Of a stretch of DNA of 64,000 nt, positions 55,734-64,000 are shown one piece after another; the stretch's first letter is position 1; the number at the start of each line of letters is the position of its first letter. Location: the NCBI GenBank assembly GCA_964488775.1, contig CAZAWH010000001.1, forward strand, positions 1,269 through 65,268, written 5' to 3'. Source of the DNA: an uncultured Sandarakinorhabdus sp. (GTDB lineage: Bacteria; Pseudomonadota; Alphaproteobacteria; Sphingomonadales; Sphingomonadaceae). The notes beneath the pieces are model-generated. The model was not told where the DNA came from, ran no database searches, and saw nothing but the letters and a program-made list of their open reading frames with translations. A program made the position numbers and the translations under genes.

Positions 55734-56600
55734 GTGGAACTGGACGATATGGCCCTGCTGGCCAGTGTGGCGCGCCTCGGATCGATCAGCGCGGCGGCGC
55801 GCAGCCGTGGCATTGCCATTTCCACCGCCGCTCGCCGGCTGGACGGGCTGGAAGCCGCGCTCAAGCTGCGGCTGGTCGATCGCCGCGCCGATGGTGCCCG
55901 GCTGACGCCGGAAGGGCAAAAGCTGGCCACCCTGGCCGAACCGCTGGAAGCCCAGATGGCCAGCATCGAGCGAGCAGCCGCCGGCCTGCGCGCGGGCGGG
56001 CCGGCGATGGTGCGCGTCACCGCCACCGAAACCATCATCGCCGATCGTCTGGCCCCGGCCCTGCCCCTGCTCTGGGCCCAGCATCCCGGCATCGCCATCA
56101 CCCTGCAAACGCAGAACGCCGTGGTCAGCCTGGCCAGCCGCGAAGCCGATGTGGCCGTGCGGATGACCCGGCCGGACGGCAATGCCCTGATCGTGCGCGC
56201 GCTGCCCGCCGAACAGGTGGCGCTGTTTGCCAGCCCGGCGTGGCTGGCCGGGCGCGATCCGGCCAGTATCGATGCCGCCGCCGGGCCGATCCTCGCCTAT
56301 GATGACAGTTTTGGCCGCATTCCCGAAATGGCCTGGCTGGCCGGGCTTGGCCTGGCGGGCGCGGTGCGCATGGCCACCGGTTCCACCCGCGCGCTGCTCA
56401 CCGCCACCCAGGCCGGAGCCGGCATCGGCCTGCTACCGCGCCGCATGGCGGGTCCGCTGATCGAGATCCCCACCGCGACCCCGGCCCCGCCGCGCACCCC
56501 CTGGCTTGCCGTGCACCGCGATGTGCACCGCCTGCCGGCGATCCGCGCCGTCACCCGCTGGATCGCGGCGGCCTTTGCGCTTGGGCCCCAAACCGGCTAA
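55734..56600 (+). CDS. LysR-family transcriptional regulator
   Basis: GSISAAAR...ST..RRL..LE..L...LVDR...LTPEG helix-turn-helix; diverges from the ydhR-adh pair. Confidence 0.9.
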   Translation: MELDDMALLASVARLGSISAAARSRGIAISTAARRLDGLEAALKLRLVDRRADGARLTPEGQKLATLAEPLEAQMASIERAAAGLRAGGPAMVRVTATETIIADRLAPALPLLWAQHPGIAITLQTQNAVVSLASREADVAVRMTRPDGNALIVRALPAEQVALFASPAWLAGRDPASIDAAAGPILAYDDSFGRIPEMAWLAGLGLAGAVRMATGSTRALLTATQAGAGIGLLPRRMAGPLIEIPTATPAPPRTPWLAVHRDVHRLPAIRAVTRWIAAAFALGPQTG

Positions 56601-56613
56601 GCGCCGCGCCACC

Positions 56614-57762
56614 ATGACGGCCCCGCGCTTCCAGTTCCAGATCCATGCCCGCGACGGCAAGGCCCGCGCCGGCACCATCGCCATGCGCCGTGGCGAGATC
56701 CGCACGCCGGCCTTCATGCCGGTGGGCACGGCGGCCACGGTGAAGGCGATGCGCACATCCGAAGTGCGCAGCGCCGGTGCAGACATCATCCTGGGCAACA
56801 CCTATCACCTGATGCTGCGCCCCACGGCCGAACGGATCGCCCGGCTGGGCGGCCTGCACAGCTTCATGGGCTGGCACCGCCCGATCCTGACCGACAGCGG
56901 TGGCTACCAGGTGATGAGCCTCTCCTCCCTCACCAAACGGACCGAGGAAGGCGTGACCTTTGCCAGCCATCTCGATGGCAGCCGCCACTTGATGAGCCCG
57001 GAACGCTCGATGGAAATCCAGCGCCTGCTGGGCAGCGACATCGTCATGGCCTTTGACGAGCTGGTGGCCCTGCCCGCCCCGCGCGAAACCGTAGCGGCGG
57101 CGATGGAACGATCGATGCGCTGGGCGGCGCGCAGCCGCGCCGCGTTTGATGCGGGCGGTGATCATGCCGCCGGTGCCGCGCTGTTCGGCATCCAGCAGGG
57201 CGGGCTTGATGAACGGCTGCGGGCGGAATCGGCCAGCGCCCTCACCGCCATCGGCTTTGACGGCTATGCCATTGGCGGCCTGGCCGTGGGCGAAGGCCAG
57301 CCGGCGATGTTCGGCGTGCTGGATTACGCCACGGATCAATTGCCGGCAGACGCCCCACGCTATCTGATGGGCGTGGGCAAGCCGGATGATATCGTTGGCG
57401 CCGTGGTGCGCGGGGTGGACATGTTCGATTGCGTGCTGCCCACCCGATCGGGGCGCAACGGCCAGGCCTTCACCCACGATGGCCCGCTCAATCTGCGCAA
57501 CGCATCCCATGCCGAGGATCTGCGCCCGCTGGATGGGACATGCCGCTGTCCGGTCTGCCACGGGCCCGATGCGGCCAGCCGCGCCTATCTCCACCATCTG
57601 ATCAAGGCCGGCGAGATGCTGGGCGCCATGCTGCTCACCCAGCACAATATCGGTTTTTACCAGCAGCTCATGGCGTCCTTGCGCGCCGCCATCGCCGAAC
57701 AGCGCCTGGCCGATTTCGCCGCCGGCTTCCTGCGCCGTTACAACGCCCGGGTGGCCAGATAG
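56614..57762 (+). CDS. tgt: Queuine tRNA-guanine transglycosylase
   Basis: [29 protein letters not shown] and [10 protein letters not shown] motifs, CxCxxC zinc site. Confidence 0.96.
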   Translation: MTAPRFQFQIHARDGKARAGTIAMRRGEIRTPAFMPVGTAATVKAMRTSEVRSAGADIILGNTYHLMLRPTAERIARLGGLHSFMGWHRPILTDSGGYQVMSLSSLTKRTEEGVTFASHLDGSRHLMSPERSMEIQRLLGSDIVMAFDELVALPAPRETVAAAMERSMRWAARSRAAFDAGGDHAAGAALFGIQQGGLDERLRAESASALTAIGFDGYAIGGLAVGEGQPAMFGVLDYATDQLPADAPRYLMGVGKPDDIVGAVVRGVDMFDCVLPTRSGRNGQAFTHDGPLNLRNASHAEDLRPLDGTCRCPVCHGPDAASRAYLHHLIKAGEMLGAMLLTQHNIGFYQQLMASLRAAIAEQRLADFAAGFLRRYNARVAR

Positions 57763-58847
57763 GGCGTCGGATCAAGCGGCGGCGTGCGCCCAAGCAACAA
57801 GGCCGCACACAAGGCCCCGGCCGCCGGGGCCGTCTGAATGCCAAACCCGCCCTGGCCGGCACACCAGAAGAAGCCATCCACCCCGCCGTCAAAACCGAAC
57901 AGCGGCACCCGGTCGGGCGCAAAGCTCCTGAGGCCGGCCCAGCTCGATTCCAGCCGCACCACCTTTGCCATGGTCGCCTGTTCGAACCGGTCGATCACCA
58001 TGGCCAGATCCAGTTCGTCGGGCCGCACATCATGGGCCACATCCGGCGTTTCATCGTGCGGAGACAGCCACAGCCGCCCGCCATCCGGCTTGAAGTAGAA
58101 GCGCCCCGCCGCTTCCAGCACCACCATCAGATCGGCCGGCGGCGGCGGATCCAGCCGAAGCACCGCCATGGTCCGCCGCAGCGGTTGCACGCCGCGCGGT
58201 GCCGCCCCTGCCAGCCCCGCCACTGCATCGGCCCAGGCCCCGGCGGCATTGACGACGGTGGTGGCGATGAACGCGCCCGCCCGCGTGCTGATGTGCCAGT
58301 GGCCCGCACGCCGCTCCAGCCCGGTCACCTCGGCATCGCTGATCAGCGTGGGGCGCGCGCCGTCCACCCCGCGCAGGAAGCCCTGGTGCAGGCTGGCCAC
58401 ATCAATGTCGTGGCAATCATCCTCCACCAGGCCGCGCCGGTTCCAGTCGGGGCGCAGCATCGGCCCCGAAGGCAGCGCCGCCATGGCCGCCGCGTCCAGC
58501 CAGCGATAGGCGACGCCACCCGCATCATATTCGGCCGCCACCCGCTCCAGACCGCCGGGATCATCCGGCGCTTCGACCGTCAGGGCCGGGCGCGGCTGCA
58601 GCAACGGGCCAAATCCGGCCGGCGGCGTGCCGAAAAAGCCGCGGCTGGCGCGCGACAGCGGCACGATGGCCGGCCCGCCATAGCTTTCCACCCAGAAGGC
58701 CGCTGAGCGGCCGGTGGTGTGGTAACCGGGGCGCGGCTCCATCTCGATCAGGGCAATGCGCAGGCCGGGGGCGGCCTGCAACAGCGACCACGCCGTGCTG
58801 GCCCCGGCAATGCCGGCGCCGATGATGGCGATATCGAACTGGCTCAC
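57738..58847 (-). CDS. FAD-dependent oxidoreductase (DAO family)
   Basis: [24 protein letters not shown] and [12 protein letters not shown] motifs. Confidence 0.88.
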   Translation of the reverse strand: MSQFDIAIIGAGIAGASTAWSLLQAAPGLRIALIEMEPRPGYHTTGRSAAFWVESYGGPAIVPLSRASRGFFGTPPAGFGPLLQPRPALTVEAPDDPGGLERVAAEYDAGGVAYRWLDAAAMAALPSGPMLRPDWNRRGLVEDDCHDIDVASLHQGFLRGVDGARPTLISDAEVTGLERRAGHWHISTRAGAFIATTVVNAAGAWADAVAGLAGAAPRGVQPLRRTMAVLRLDPPPPADLMVVLEAAGRFYFKPDGGRLWLSPHDETPDVAHDVRPDELDLAMVIDRFEQATMAKVVRLESSWAGLRSFAPDRVPLFGFDGGVDGFFWCAGQGGFGIQTAPAAGALCAALLLGRTPPLDPTPYLATRAL

Positions 58848-59809
58848 CCCTGCCCCTCCGCCAGGTGGGCCAGCGCGGCGGCCAGCACCTCGCTGCGCAA
58901 GGGTTCGGCCTCCCGCAGCAGTTCATGGCCGGCGCCGGGATAATCGATGACGCGCGCGCCCGGCACCCGCCTGGCCAGGGCCCGGGCGGCCGCACTGTCC
59001 ACCAGGCCGTCGCGCTGCGGCATCAGGAACAGGCATGGCACGGCAATCGCCTCGGGCACGCCGGCTGCGCGCAACTGGCCTATGCTGGCAAAGGCATCAT
59101 CCAGCCAACCCCAGGTCACACTGCCCAGCGCCAGTGCCGGGAAATTGCCGATCCACCAGCTTTCATCGGCATAGCGTTCCGGATCACTGGTCAGCCACAA
59201 CTGGCGCTGATCCCCGGCGCGGCCCGGCTGCCACGGCCCGCCGCCCCAGACATAATCCTCGCCCCGGCCGCGCACCACCTGCCAGCGCGCCACCAGGGCG
59301 GTGATGGCCGGGCCCAGCGGCTTGGCCGCCACCCCCACCATCGGCGCCAACAGCACGGCACGGGTGATCGGGCTGTTGCCGGCGGCCAGGTGGCGCAGCA
59401 GCAGATGCCCGCCCATCGAATGGGCCATGGCCGTGATCGGCCCATCCACCCGATCCTGCAGCCAGGCCAGCAGGGTGCGCAAATCGCCCAGCCACACGCC
59501 GAAGCCGGGCGATGCGCCGTGCTGCGGCGTCTTGCCCAACCTGCGCGACAGGCCCTGGCCGCGCCAGTCAAAGATCGTCACGCCCCAGCCGGCATCCACC
59601 AGATCGTGCAGGGTCTCGGCATATTTCTCCACGAAATCGGCCCGCCCGGTCAGCATCAGCACATGCCCGGGCCCTTCATCCCGCCGCCGCCAGTGCACAC
59701 AGCGCACCGGCCAATTGTCGGCCATGGGCACAAACAGCTGCTCGCCGCCGGGCGGCAGATTGTGCCGGCGGGCCCAGACATCATCTTCGGGAACATGAAC
59801 TTGGGTCAT
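58844..59809 (-). CDS. Alpha/beta hydrolase (lysophospholipase PldB-like)
   Basis: GRADFVEKY, DWRGQGLS, AHSMGG and HELLRE motifs. Confidence 0.88.
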   Translation of the reverse strand: MTQVHVPEDDVWARRHNLPPGGEQLFVPMADNWPVRCVHWRRRDEGPGHVLMLTGRADFVEKYAETLHDLVDAGWGVTIFDWRGQGLSRRLGKTPQHGASPGFGVWLGDLRTLLAWLQDRVDGPITAMAHSMGGHLLLRHLAAGNSPITRAVLLAPMVGVAAKPLGPAITALVARWQVVRGRGEDYVWGGGPWQPGRAGDQRQLWLTSDPERYADESWWIGNFPALALGSVTWGWLDDAFASIGQLRAAGVPEAIAVPCLFLMPQRDGLVDSAAARALARRVPGARVIDYPGAGHELLREAEPLRSEVLAAALAHLAEGQG

Positions 59810-59873
59810 GGCACATCCGATAGCCGGGCGCAGGCCGGCTTGCCAGCCCATTGGCAGGGGCATATCAGGCCGC

Positions 59874-60161
59874 ATGCACAATGGCCTGAAACTGTTGACC
59901 GGGCTCGCCGCCACCGTCGTGCTGGCGCGCGGCGCGGTGTTGCACCAGGGCCAGGCGCTGATCAGCCAGCTCGGCCGGGCCGCTGGCGACGCCATGGCCG
60001 CCCATGGCGTCACCGATGGCAGTGTCAGCTTCCGCAGCTCAACCGGCCTCACCGGCCGCATCGCCCATCTGTCAGGCACCGCCGATGCCGCAACGCGCGC
60101 GGCGATCAGCGCCGATCTGGCCCGGCACCCCGGCATCGCCGCCGTGCGCTGGACGCCATGA
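59874..60161 (+). CDS. Small membrane-anchored protein with a BON-like domain
   Basis: N-terminal hydrophobic helix; R.AHLSG.AD...R...PGIAAVRW. Confidence 0.55.
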   Translation: MHNGLKLLTGLAATVVLARGAVLHQGQALISQLGRAAGDAMAAHGVTDGSVSFRSSTGLTGRIAHLSGTADAATRAAISADLARHPGIAAVRWTP

Positions 60162-60250
60162 TGAGCTGGCTGTTCGGCGAAATCTGGGCCTGGGTGCTGG
60201 CCGGCTTTGCCACCGGCCTCGCCACCGGCTGGTGGATCTGGCGCCGTTAG
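60158..60250 (+). CDS. 30-aa single-pass membrane microprotein
   Basis: MMSWLFGEIWAWVLAGFATGLATGWWIWRR*; ATGA overlap with the upstream stop; GC3-rich codons. Confidence 0.65.
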   Translation: MMSWLFGEIWAWVLAGFATGLATGWWIWRR

Positions 60251-62910
60251 GCCCGCTTCAGCGCCGCCTGCGCCGCCGCCAGCCGCGCAATCGGCACGCG
60301 ATAGGGGGAGCAGGAGACATAATCCAGGCCAAGCGTCTCGCAGAAGGCGATGCTGGCCGGATCACCGCCATGCTCGCCGCAAATGCCCAGCTTCAGGTCG
60401 GGCTTCACGGCGCGGCCGCGCGATGCCGCCAGGCTCACCAATTCGCCCACGCCGTCCTCGTCGATGGAGACAAACGGGTCCTTCGGGTAAATGCCCTGCT
60501 CGACATACGGCCCCAGGAAGCGCGCGGCGTCGTCGCGGCTGATACCCAGCGTGGTCTGGGTCAAGTCGTTGGTGCCAAAGCTGAAGAACTGGGCGTGGCC
60601 AGCGATCTCGCCGGCGCGCAGGGCCGCGCGCGGCAACTCGATCATGGTGCCCACCAGATATTCCAACGTGGTGCCGGTTTCGGCAAACACGGTGGCGGCT
60701 TGCGTCTCGATCACCGCCTTGGTGATCTCCAGCTCGCGCGGGGTGGCAACCAGCGGCACCATCACCTCCGGCACCACCGCTTCGCCGGTTTCGCGGCCCA
60801 CCATCACGGCGGCTTCGAAAATGGCCCGGGCCTGCATGGCATAGATTTCCGGATAGGTGATGCCGAGCCGGCAACCACGATGGCCCAGCATCGGGTTGAA
60901 TTCGTGCAGTTCGCCGATGCGGCGACGCACCAGCGATTCGGCCAGGCCGGTGGCAGCCGCCACTTCGGCAAAGCCGGCATCATCGTGCGGCAGGAATTCG
61001 TGCAGCGGCGGGTCGAGCAGACGGATCGTCACCGGCAGGCCGGCCATGACGCGGAAAATCTCGGCGAAATCGGCCCGCTGCTCGGGCAACAGCTCGGCCA
61101 GCGCCGCAGCGCGCCCCGCGGTGTCCTCGGCCAGGATCATGCGGCGCACCGCGGTGATGCGGCTGGGTTCGAAGAACATATGCTCGGTGCGGCACAGGCC
61201 GATCCCCTCGGCCCCGAACTGCCGCGCCACGCGGCAATCGGCCGGGGTTTCGGCGTTGGTGCGCACCTTGAGGCGGCGATGCTTGTCGGCCCACACCATC
61301 AATGCGCCGAAATCGCCCGACAGATCCGGCTCCATTGTCGCCACTTCGCCCAGCATGACATCGCCGGTGGCGCCATCCAGGGTGATGCGCTCCCCCTCCA
61401 CGATGCGGCGGCCGCCGCAGCTCATGGTGCGGGTGGTCATGTCGATGCTGATGCTGCCGGCGCCCGACACGCAGGGCCGGCCCATGCCGCGCGCCACCAC
61501 GGCGGCGTGGCTGGTCATGCCGCCGCGCGCCGTCAGGATGCCGCGCGCCGCGTGCATGCCGTGAATATCCTCAGGGCTGGTTTCGGTGCGCACCAGGATC
61601 ACCGCTTCACCGGCGCGGGCCTTCTGCTCGGCCGTATCACTGTCAAACACCACGGCGCCGCTGGCCGCGCCGGGGCTGGCCGGCAGGCCGCGGGCGATCA
61701 CGTCGCGCGGCGCCTTGGGGTCGAGCGTCGGGTGCAGCAACTGGTCCAGCGCGGCGGCTTCCACGCGCAGCACGGCCTCGGCCTCGCTGATCAGCCCTTC
61801 GGCCACCATGTCCACCGCAATCTTCAGCGCGGCCTTGGCAGTGCGTTTGCCGCTGCGCGTCTGCAGCATCCACAGGCGGCCATCCTCCACCGTGAATTCG
61901 ATATCCTGCATGTCGCGATAATGGCCCTCGAGCAGGTCGAACACCCGGCCCAGCTCGGTGAACACCACAGGCATCGCCTCTTCCATCGACGCCGCCTTGG
62001 CGCCGGCCTTTTCGCGGGCCGCCTTCGTCAGATATTGCGGGGTGCGGATGCCGGCCACCACATCCTCGCCCTGGGCATTGATGAGATATTCGCCATACCA
62101 GGCCTTCTCGCCAGTGCTGGGATCGCGGGTGAAGGCCACGCCGGTGGCCGACGTGTCGCCCAGGTTGCCGAACACCATGGCCTGCACGTTGACGGCCGTG
62201 CCCCAGCTTTCGGGAATATCGTTCAGCCGGCGATAGGTGCGCGCACGGTCAGAGCGCCACGAACCGAACACAGCGCCGATCGCGCCCCACAATTGCTCAT
62301 GCGGGTCCTGCGGGAATGGCCGGCCCAGGGCCTGCTCGACAATCGCCTTGTACCGGCCAACCAGCGCCTTCAGGTCGCCGGCGTCGAGCCCGGTGTCCTG
62401 CGTCACGCCCTTGTCTTCCTTGGCGATTTCCAGGGCATCTTCAAACAGATAATGGTCAAGGCCCAGCACGACATCGCCATACATCTGGATGAACCGGCGA
62501 TAGCTGTCCCACGCGAAGCGCTCATTGCCCGAGGCGGTGGCGAGGCCTTCCACCGTCACATCGTTCAGGCCCAGGTTCAGCACCGTGTCCATCATGCCCG
62601 GCATCGACACGCGCGCGCCGGAGCGGACGGAGACCAGCAGCGGGTTGCTGGCATCGCCAAAACGCTTGCCCGTCACGCCTTCCACAAAGGCCAGCGCCTC
62701 CAGCACGCCCTGCGCCACATCATCGGGCAGCTTGCCGCCGGCATCATAATAGGCGGCGCAGACATGGGTGGCGATGGTCAGGCCCGGCGGCACCGGCAGG
62801 CCGATGCCGGCCATTTCGGCCAGGTTGGCGCCCTTGCCGCCCAGCAGTTCCTTCTGTTTGGCGTCACCCTCGGCCGTGCCGCCGCCGAACTTGAAGACTG
62901 ACTTGGTCAT
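60247..62910 (-). CDS. ppdK: Pyruvate, phosphate dikinase
   Basis: LLGGKGANLAEM, SVRSGARVSMPGMMDT, GGMTSHAAVVARG, GLCRTEHMF and FSFGTNDLTQ motifs. Confidence 0.97.
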   Translation of the reverse strand: MTKSVFKFGGGTAEGDAKQKELLGGKGANLAEMAGIGLPVPPGLTIATHVCAAYYDAGGKLPDDVAQGVLEALAFVEGVTGKRFGDASNPLLVSVRSGARVSMPGMMDTVLNLGLNDVTVEGLATASGNERFAWDSYRRFIQMYGDVVLGLDHYLFEDALEIAKEDKGVTQDTGLDAGDLKALVGRYKAIVEQALGRPFPQDPHEQLWGAIGAVFGSWRSDRARTYRRLNDIPESWGTAVNVQAMVFGNLGDTSATGVAFTRDPSTGEKAWYGEYLINAQGEDVVAGIRTPQYLTKAAREKAGAKAASMEEAMPVVFTELGRVFDLLEGHYRDMQDIEFTVEDGRLWMLQTRSGKRTAKAALKIAVDMVAEGLISEAEAVLRVEAAALDQLLHPTLDPKAPRDVIARGLPASPGAASGAVVFDSDTAEQKARAGEAVILVRTETSPEDIHGMHAARGILTARGGMTSHAAVVARGMGRPCVSGAGSISIDMTTRTMSCGGRRIVEGERITLDGATGDVMLGEVATMEPDLSGDFGALMVWADKHRRLKVRTNAETPADCRVARQFGAEGIGLCRTEHMFFEPSRITAVRRMILAEDTAGRAAALAELLPEQRADFAEIFRVMAGLPVTIRLLDPPLHEFLPHDDAGFAEVAAATGLAESLVRRRIGELHEFNPMLGHRGCRLGITYPEIYAMQARAIFEAAVMVGRETGEAVVPEVMVPLVATPRELEITKAVIETQAATVFAETGTTLEYLVGTMIELPRAALRAGEIAGHAQFFSFGTNDLTQTTLGISRDDAARFLGPYVEQGIYPKDPFVSIDEDGVGELVSLAASRGRAVKPDLKLGICGEHGGDPASIAFCETLGLDYVSCSPYRVPIARLAAAQAALKRA

Positions 62911-62979
62911 TGCCCCGTTCACCCTTTGAAACTTCGCGTTGCCAGCCACGGCCGCCATACCCCCTATGACGGCTGCCGA

Positions 62980-64000
62980 TCAGCCTTCGATACGTGAAAA
63001 GTCCGCCACGCCATGCACCGCATCGCGGAACCGCGCCAGCAGGGCCAAACGCCGCGCCCGCACTGCCGGGTCGGGATCGTTGACCATCACGGCGTCGAAA
63101 AATCCATCCACCGGCCCGCGCAGTGCGGCCAGTGCCGCCATGGCATCGGTGAAGCGTTCATCGGCCACCGCCGCCTGCGCCTGCGGCAGCGCCGCATCCA
63201 GCGCATCGGCCAGAGCGGCCTCGGCATCTTCTCCCCTCCCGCTCGCGGGAGGGGTCGGGGGTGGGTCCTTCTCCGCCGCCTTCAGGATATTCGCCGCCCG
63301 CTTGTAGCCGGCGAGCAGGTTGGTGCCGTCCTCAGTTTCCACAAACGCCTGCAACGCCTTCACGCGGGCAAGCAGTCGGACGAGGTCATCCTCCCCGCCC
63401 AGCGCGAATACGGCGTCGATGAGGTCGTGACGGACGCCGGCTTCGCGCTGCTGCACCTTGAGGCGATCGGCGAAGAAGTCCATCAACTGGTCAGCCACCG
63501 CGCCGTCACCAAATACGGTGTGCAGCGGCAAACGAATGCCGGCAGCCTGCAGGATCGACAACACGCCAAGTGCTTGGCGACGCAGCGCAAACGGATCCTT
63601 GGAGCCCGTCGGCGGCATATTCCCGCGGAAGAATCCAACCAGCGTATCCAGCTTGTCCGCCAGCGCCACCGCCACACTCACCGGTTGGGTCGGCACATCG
63701 TCGCCCTGGCCGGCCGGCTTGTAATGATCGCGGATCGCATCGGCCACGGCGGCATCCTCGCGAACCGCCAGCGCCAGATAACGCCCGATCTGGCCCTGCA
63801 CTTCCGGGAATTCGCCCACGGTGGCCGACACAAGATCGGCCTTGGCCAGCCGCGCGGCGCGTTCCGCCAGCGCCGGATCGGCCGGTACAGCGCCGCTCTC
63901 GCACAGCCACTTGGCCAGCGCCGCCACCCGCTCCACCTTGTCGGCCAGCGTGCCCAGCTTCTCGTGGAACACGATGTCGGACAATTTGGGCAGGAAACCC
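62980..64000 (-). CDS. glyS: Glycine--tRNA ligase beta subunit, 3' part (begins outside the window)
   Basis: FHEKLGT, KADL....[35 protein letters not shown] and ADFSRIEG motifs; glyS-ppdK synteny. Confidence 0.95.
   Translation of the reverse strand, partial: GFLPKLSDIVFHEKLGTLADKVERVAALAKWLCESGAVPADPALAERAARLAKADLVSATVGEFPEVQGQIGRYLALAVREDAAVADAIRDHYKPAGQGDDVPTQPVSVAVALADKLDTLVGFFRGNMPPTGSKDPFALRRQALGVLSILQAAGIRLPLHTVFGDGAVADQLMDFFADRLKVQQREAGVRHDLIDAVFALGGEDDLVRLLARVKALQAFVETEDGTNLLAGYKRAANILKAAEKDPPPTPPASGRGEDAEAALADALDAALPQAQAAVADERFTDAMAALAALRGPVDGFFDAVMVNDPDPAVRARRLALLARFRDAVHGVADFSRIEG
63230..63268. repeat. Palindromic repeat element lying in frame inside glyS
   Basis: CCCCTCCCGC-tc-GCGGGAGGGG-tcgggggtggg, translated in glyS as [13 protein letters not shown]. 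Confidence 0.7.

Overview
High-GC alphaproteobacterial chromosome segment. The gene content and the sigma54/FliA-type flagellar cluster suggest Sphingomonadales (inference). From left to right: 5' part of dnaE, lolD, lolE/C and proS; a candidate structured sRNA diverging from proS; a three-gene methyltransferase operon carrying a 1-nt frameshift; a 1429-aa cytochrome P450-linker-DyP peroxidase fusion behind a wHTH/TolB-like/TPR regulator; an intergenic array of three long hairpins sharing a 9-nt loop (TTYGACCCK) next to tRNA-Gln(TTG); a CitE-like lyase; a flagellar cluster (fliA, flhA, SLT, flgNMA, flgB-L, motAB) with sigma54/sigma28 promoters; a surface-glycan locus for a CDP-3,6-dideoxy, probably C4-branched, sugar (rfbF/G/H, aldolase, ThDP enzyme, reductases, old yellow enzyme, KpsD/KpsE-like, GtrA/GtrB/GT-C); and housekeeping genes (ilvE, MarR, proC, tspO, tlyA, tgt, ppdK, 3' part of glyS). 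No CRISPR array, transposase, integrase or rRNA was seen. The most promising unexplained system is 7.7-14.3 kb: the P450-DyP fusion, its regulator, phased TCACG repeats and the conserved-loop hairpin array. All calls rest on motifs read by eye; no database searches were run.
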